Source: a virus
Taxonomy: Duplodnaviria; Heunggongvirae; Uroviricota; Caudoviricetes
DNA length: 34,951 bases
Reading direction: 5' to 3' (one strand)
Virus record (IMG/VR): IMGVR_UViG_2740892423_000023
Location: 1 to 34,951 of that record
Below are positions 31,855 to 34,951 of this stretch, piece after piece. Under the pieces are notes generated by a model. The model saw only the letters and a program-made list of their open reading frames with translations. It ran no database searches and had not been told where the DNA came from. Both the position numbers and the translations under genes were made by a program. Positions within the stretch are counted from its first letter, which is position 1, and each line of letters begins with the position of its first letter.

Positions 31855-33930
31855 TTAACGGTTGTTTGTGCCGTCTTTCTTTAAATTGCGGTCACGCTCG
31901 GATGCAAAGAAATAAAGTTCTTCTTTTTTCTTTTCCTCCTTACGCTCCAGACCAAATCCAAAATTAAAGTCAGGTTTCTGCGTAATAGCCGGGGTAAGCT
32001 CGCGTTTAGCCTCTTCGATTTTCTGCGTGGCCCGTGCAATGCGGCCTCTGACGCGTTTCTCCAGTTTTTGTTCGATAACTGGTTTAGCGAAGGCATCAAC
32101 CTTGTTACCGTTCCAGATGGCATCGCAGATATAAGAGCCATCAGCCCGCCGGACAATGACACTGTTTGCGTCATGAATATCGTAACTGACCCTGACTTCA
32201 TTCCCGTGCTCTGCGGCCAGCTCATACGAGTAATAAATATTGTTGAATAACTGAATTTCCCCGCGAAATGTTTTGCGCGTCACCTCCGGCCTGAACATTT
32301 CATGCAGCTCTTCCGGCGACAGGAAATCAATTTCAACATTCTGCTCTTTTATCAGTTTCCGGCGATACGCTGCCGGGCTGTAATATTCGCCATCCTCTTT
32401 GCGGGGAAGGCTGCTGTGTGGCCGGTTGTTATAGCGTCTGACCTCCAGCTCTATGGCGGCCATCAGTTGCTCAAAGGTGGGGATTTCATCCCTCGCCTTA
32501 ACCTGCCGTTTTGTCAGCTCTTTCCCTTTGTGGGTGGCCTTAATGGCTGACTGCATAATCCGTTGCTGCATCATTACGGTTTCCTTGTCTGCATCCCTTG
32601 CGCAGTACGTCTGGAAACTCAGAGCCACGTCTTTAGGTATTCCTTTGTTTGCCCGTTCAATCACCCCGCGCCCCTGCGGGTTACCTGGTATCCCCGTGTG
32701 ATGTTCTACACCCAGCCGGGGCAGAATCCCGGTAATATCGGCATCAAGCACCCGGTTTTTTTCACCGCCCCCGTTATCGGAGTAATAAATCAGCGGTATC
32801 CCGTGCTGCGCCATGCCGTAACGTAACGCATCAGCAACGGCTATCACGTTCTCCGACAGGGACAGTGACCAGCCCACAACAAAGCGTTGCCCAGCATCCA
32901 TAACCAGCGTCACTTCTGGCCGGAAAATATTGCCGGTCAGGGGGTTAAACGCGGTCATTTTCATACAGTGACCATCCCCGACCCATACCGCATTAACCGG
33001 TAATGATGTCCAGTCGCGCCGCACAAAGGGATTGAGCGAACGCCAGGCTGAACCGGTGGAGCGGAAACGCTCTTTAACAATCACCGGGACGCTGCTTAAC
33101 ACCCGTCTTACTGCGTGAACTGAAGGCAGTGCCGCCAGCATTCCCGCATCATTCGCGTGTTTTTCATGCCACCAGGCTGAAAACTCACGATACGCATATT
33201 CAACAGTCGGGCGCTTCCATGAGCGATAGAACATAAAGAAATCGCTCAACCACCAGACCTGCTCCCACGGTGTTCCCTTATGATGACCGGGAGCCAGTAA
33301 CGCCAGTAACTGATTGGCATCACCGCGCGCCATCAGCCAGGCGGAATACCATTCCTGTAAACTCCCTGTACTGACGCCAGTTCGCTTACCCTGTCGGGCA
33401 TTGGCGGTATTACCTGCCACAATAACGCGCTCGGGCAAAGCCTCCTGGCGGATACCATCAACGATGTGTTTTATCGCTGCCGTCCTGGACATTCCTGCGT
33501 ATTCACGCAGTTTATGCACTTCGGTAGCCAGCAATATCCGCGCATCAGCGATGGCCTTTTGCTTGTCGGTCAGTGCCTGAACTTCGCGTAATGCCAGTTC
33601 CGGGCATTTGACCATCACCTCCAGCTCATCGCGGACGGTGACGTTTTTAGCTGCCTTCTGCTCAACCACTGCGGGCAGTTGCGCATCTTCCAGGACCTGA
33701 TGGGTCAGGCGTTGACGTAAAACCTTCTGAACATCTTTAGGTAAACTGGATATATGGTACTCATATATTTTCCCCTGAACTCCAGACTTCCTTCTTCTTG
33801 TCCAGTTCGCTCGTTTAGCTTTTTGAGTGATCCCCTGTACAGTTTTCGGTAGCCCTTGAAGCCCTGTTAGTTCATTCAACGTAAACCATTCAGGTTCGAA
33901 CTTGACTTCATAGTCGTTGTTCTTATTCAT
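31855..33930 (-). CDS. DDE transposase, MuA-like
   Basis: 691-aa ORF; N-terminal winged-helix region (LTGLQGLPKTVQGITQKAKRANW) related to the repressor N-terminus; overlaps ner stop. Confidence 0.9.
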   Translation of the reverse strand: MNKNNDYEVKFEPEWFTLNELTGLQGLPKTVQGITQKAKRANWTRRRKSGVQGKIYEYHISSLPKDVQKVLRQRLTHQVLEDAQLPAVVEQKAAKNVTVRDELEVMVKCPELALREVQALTDKQKAIADARILLATEVHKLREYAGMSRTAAIKHIVDGIRQEALPERVIVAGNTANARQGKRTGVSTGSLQEWYSAWLMARGDANQLLALLAPGHHKGTPWEQVWWLSDFFMFYRSWKRPTVEYAYREFSAWWHEKHANDAGMLAALPSVHAVRRVLSSVPVIVKERFRSTGSAWRSLNPFVRRDWTSLPVNAVWVGDGHCMKMTAFNPLTGNIFRPEVTLVMDAGQRFVVGWSLSLSENVIAVADALRYGMAQHGIPLIYYSDNGGGEKNRVLDADITGILPRLGVEHHTGIPGNPQGRGVIERANKGIPKDVALSFQTYCARDADKETVMMQQRIMQSAIKATHKGKELTKRQVKARDEIPTFEQLMAAIELEVRRYNNRPHSSLPRKEDGEYYSPAAYRRKLIKEQNVEIDFLSPEELHEMFRPEVTRKTFRGEIQLFNNIYYSYELAAEHGNEVRVSYDIHDANSVIVRRADGSYICDAIWNGNKVDAFAKPVIEQKLEKRVRGRIARATQKIEEAKRELTPAITQKPDFNFGFGLERKEEKKKEELYFFASERDRNLKKDGTNNR

Positions 33931-34126
33931 AACGTGATGGCCAAATTTCTTCTGGCTTTTTACCGATCACACTAGCGACAATCATTTCTGCTTTGGGCCA
34001 TTTTGTACGTAGAACATTACCCAAACTTCTTGATTTCATTCCATGCTCTCGTGAAAGCCGACTAAAGTTTGTTCCTTTCTTTTCTAGTTCCGCCTTGATA
34101 TCTGACGGATGCATATCTTGTCTCAC
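33923..34126 (-). CDS. ner: Ner-like DNA-binding protein
   Basis: 67 aa; ...NVLRTKWPKAEMIVASVIGKKPEEIWPSRY matches the Ner/Nlp signature; GTG start with GAGGT RBS. Confidence 0.8.
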   Translation of the reverse strand: MRQDMHPSDIKAELEKKGTNFSRLSREHGMKSRSLGNVLRTKWPKAEMIVASVIGKKPEEIWPSRYE

Positions 34127-34372
34127 GTCTCTACCTCTTCACATAAATCAACAGATATGAGATCTTGAGTGATTACTCGCATGTGTACGCGATTGAGTTA
34201 CTCACCTGCGTGAAGAATACTAGATTTAAACAATGTTTAAGTCAACATGTTTAAATCTGTGTTTAAAACATTTTGGCGACCGTGTGACTTATCGTTTTGT
34301 TTTTGAGGTAATTTTTGTGTTTTAAACAAAAGCTCTATTTCATGCTCTTTTGTTTAAATCTAAGGGGGTAGA
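34127..34372. promoter_or_regulatory. Divergent immunity control region (operators and promoters for repressor and ner-A-B)
   Basis: AT-rich 246-bp gap with repeated TGTTTAA units and near-palindromes GAGTGATTACTC (34167-34178) and GAGTTACTC (34194-34202). Confidence 0.6.
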
Positions 34373-34951
34373 ATGAAACAAGAATGGGTTGCCGCAAAAG
34401 ACCTGGTAGGGCTTCATGGTTTACCTGCCACAATTCAGGGAATTCACCAAAAAGCCAAAAGGGGCGGATGGCGCAAAGAGAAAAGAATTACACCTGGTGT
34501 GAAGGGACATCAGGTATACTTCTACTTACCTGATTTGCCTGAAAAAATACGCTGCTCCTTGGTGTCGAAAGACGGAGAAACTCCAGTGAGGAATGATTTA
34601 AACAAAGGGTTGATATCAATACTGGAAATGACATCCGCAGAAGATCAATTCAATCTTTTTCGCGCTTTGTGTGAATTTGGCATCAAAGGAGTCCTAGAAC
34701 ACCTACAACAACCCACCAGGCAAGCTACGCAGGCCGACAGCGACCAGGACGAACAGGAGAATGCCATCAGAAGCCTAAACATCAGGGAATCGCTTAAAGA
34801 CGTTATATGTATGGCTCTAGATGGTAATGAAGAAACCGACAAAGAGATTTTGCGACGCATCGAATCTCGTGCACGGGCTGGGTCGCCAGGTGGTCAGACC
34901 GTTGCCACGCCGGAGCAAGAAACGAAGCCTGTAAGCAAAAAATCAGCATGA
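34373..34951 (+). CDS. Mu c-like repressor
   Basis: 192-aa ORF with AAGGGGG RBS; N-terminus LVGLHGLPATIQGIHQKAKRGGW parallels the transposase N-terminal DNA-binding domain; divergent from ner. Confidence 0.75.
   Translation: MKQEWVAAKDLVGLHGLPATIQGIHQKAKRGGWRKEKRITPGVKGHQVYFYLPDLPEKIRCSLVSKDGETPVRNDLNKGLISILEMTSAEDQFNLFRALCEFGIKGVLEHLQQPTRQATQADSDQDEQENAIRSLNIRESLKDVICMALDGNEETDKEILRRIESRARAGSPGGQTVATPEQETKPVSKKSA

Larger units (their letters stand above)
1..34951 (-). mobile_element. Mu-like transposable prophage, nearly complete; immunity/transposition end at window right, tail fiber end at window left
   Basis: Contiguous Mu-type gene order on the minus strand (Ner, transposase, ATPase B, GemA, Mor/C, lysis, terminase, portal, F, G, I, T, sheath, tube, tape measure, baseplate, fiber) with divergent repressor on plus strand; recognised from protein motifs by eye. 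Confidence 0.9.

Noticed and set aside
34230-34360. TGTTTAA repeats as a CRISPR-like or tandem-repeat array
   Set aside because: Units are 7-9 bp, irregularly spaced and AT-rich, located in the divergent promoter region; this fits operator half-sites, not CRISPR repeats.
1-34951. tRNA, rRNA, CRISPR arrays, insertion sequences, integrase, large restriction or abortive-infection enzymes
   Set aside because: No cloverleaf-like or repeat-spacer structure was found, and every ORF over 250 aa is assignable to phage structure, packaging or transposition; the only transposase is the phage's own MuA-like gene.

Overview
The whole 34,951-bp window is one nearly complete Mu-like (transposable) prophage, lying inverted relative to the window. 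All calls come from reading the translated ORFs and the DNA by eye; no database search was run, so family names are recollections and not verified hits. The immunity and transposition module is at the right end: repressor c on the + strand (34373-34951), then Ner, a MuA-like DDE transposase and a MuB-like ATPase on the - strand. Leftwards on the - strand follow a long early region of small, translationally coupled genes, then GemA, a single Mor/C-family activator bracketed by two intrinsic terminators, a lysis cassette, terminase, portal, F, G, I, major head T, sheath, tube, chaperone, tape measure, DNA-circulation protein, baseplate and tail fiber genes. A second, side-tail-fiber-like gene starts at 504 and runs off the window start. 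I found no tRNA, rRNA, CRISPR array, IS element or large defence enzyme. The best candidates for something undescribed are: (1) a 183-aa ORF of unknown family bracketed by two copies of a ~60-bp repeat with an identical 35-bp GC-rich palindromic core; (2) the small-protein cargo cluster at 26069-27934; (3) a 27-bp motif shared by the regions upstream of the head and lysis operons; (4) a 26-bp perfect palindrome and two tiny basic ORFs upstream of the GemA/Mor segment. None of these has a function I can assign from sequence alone.
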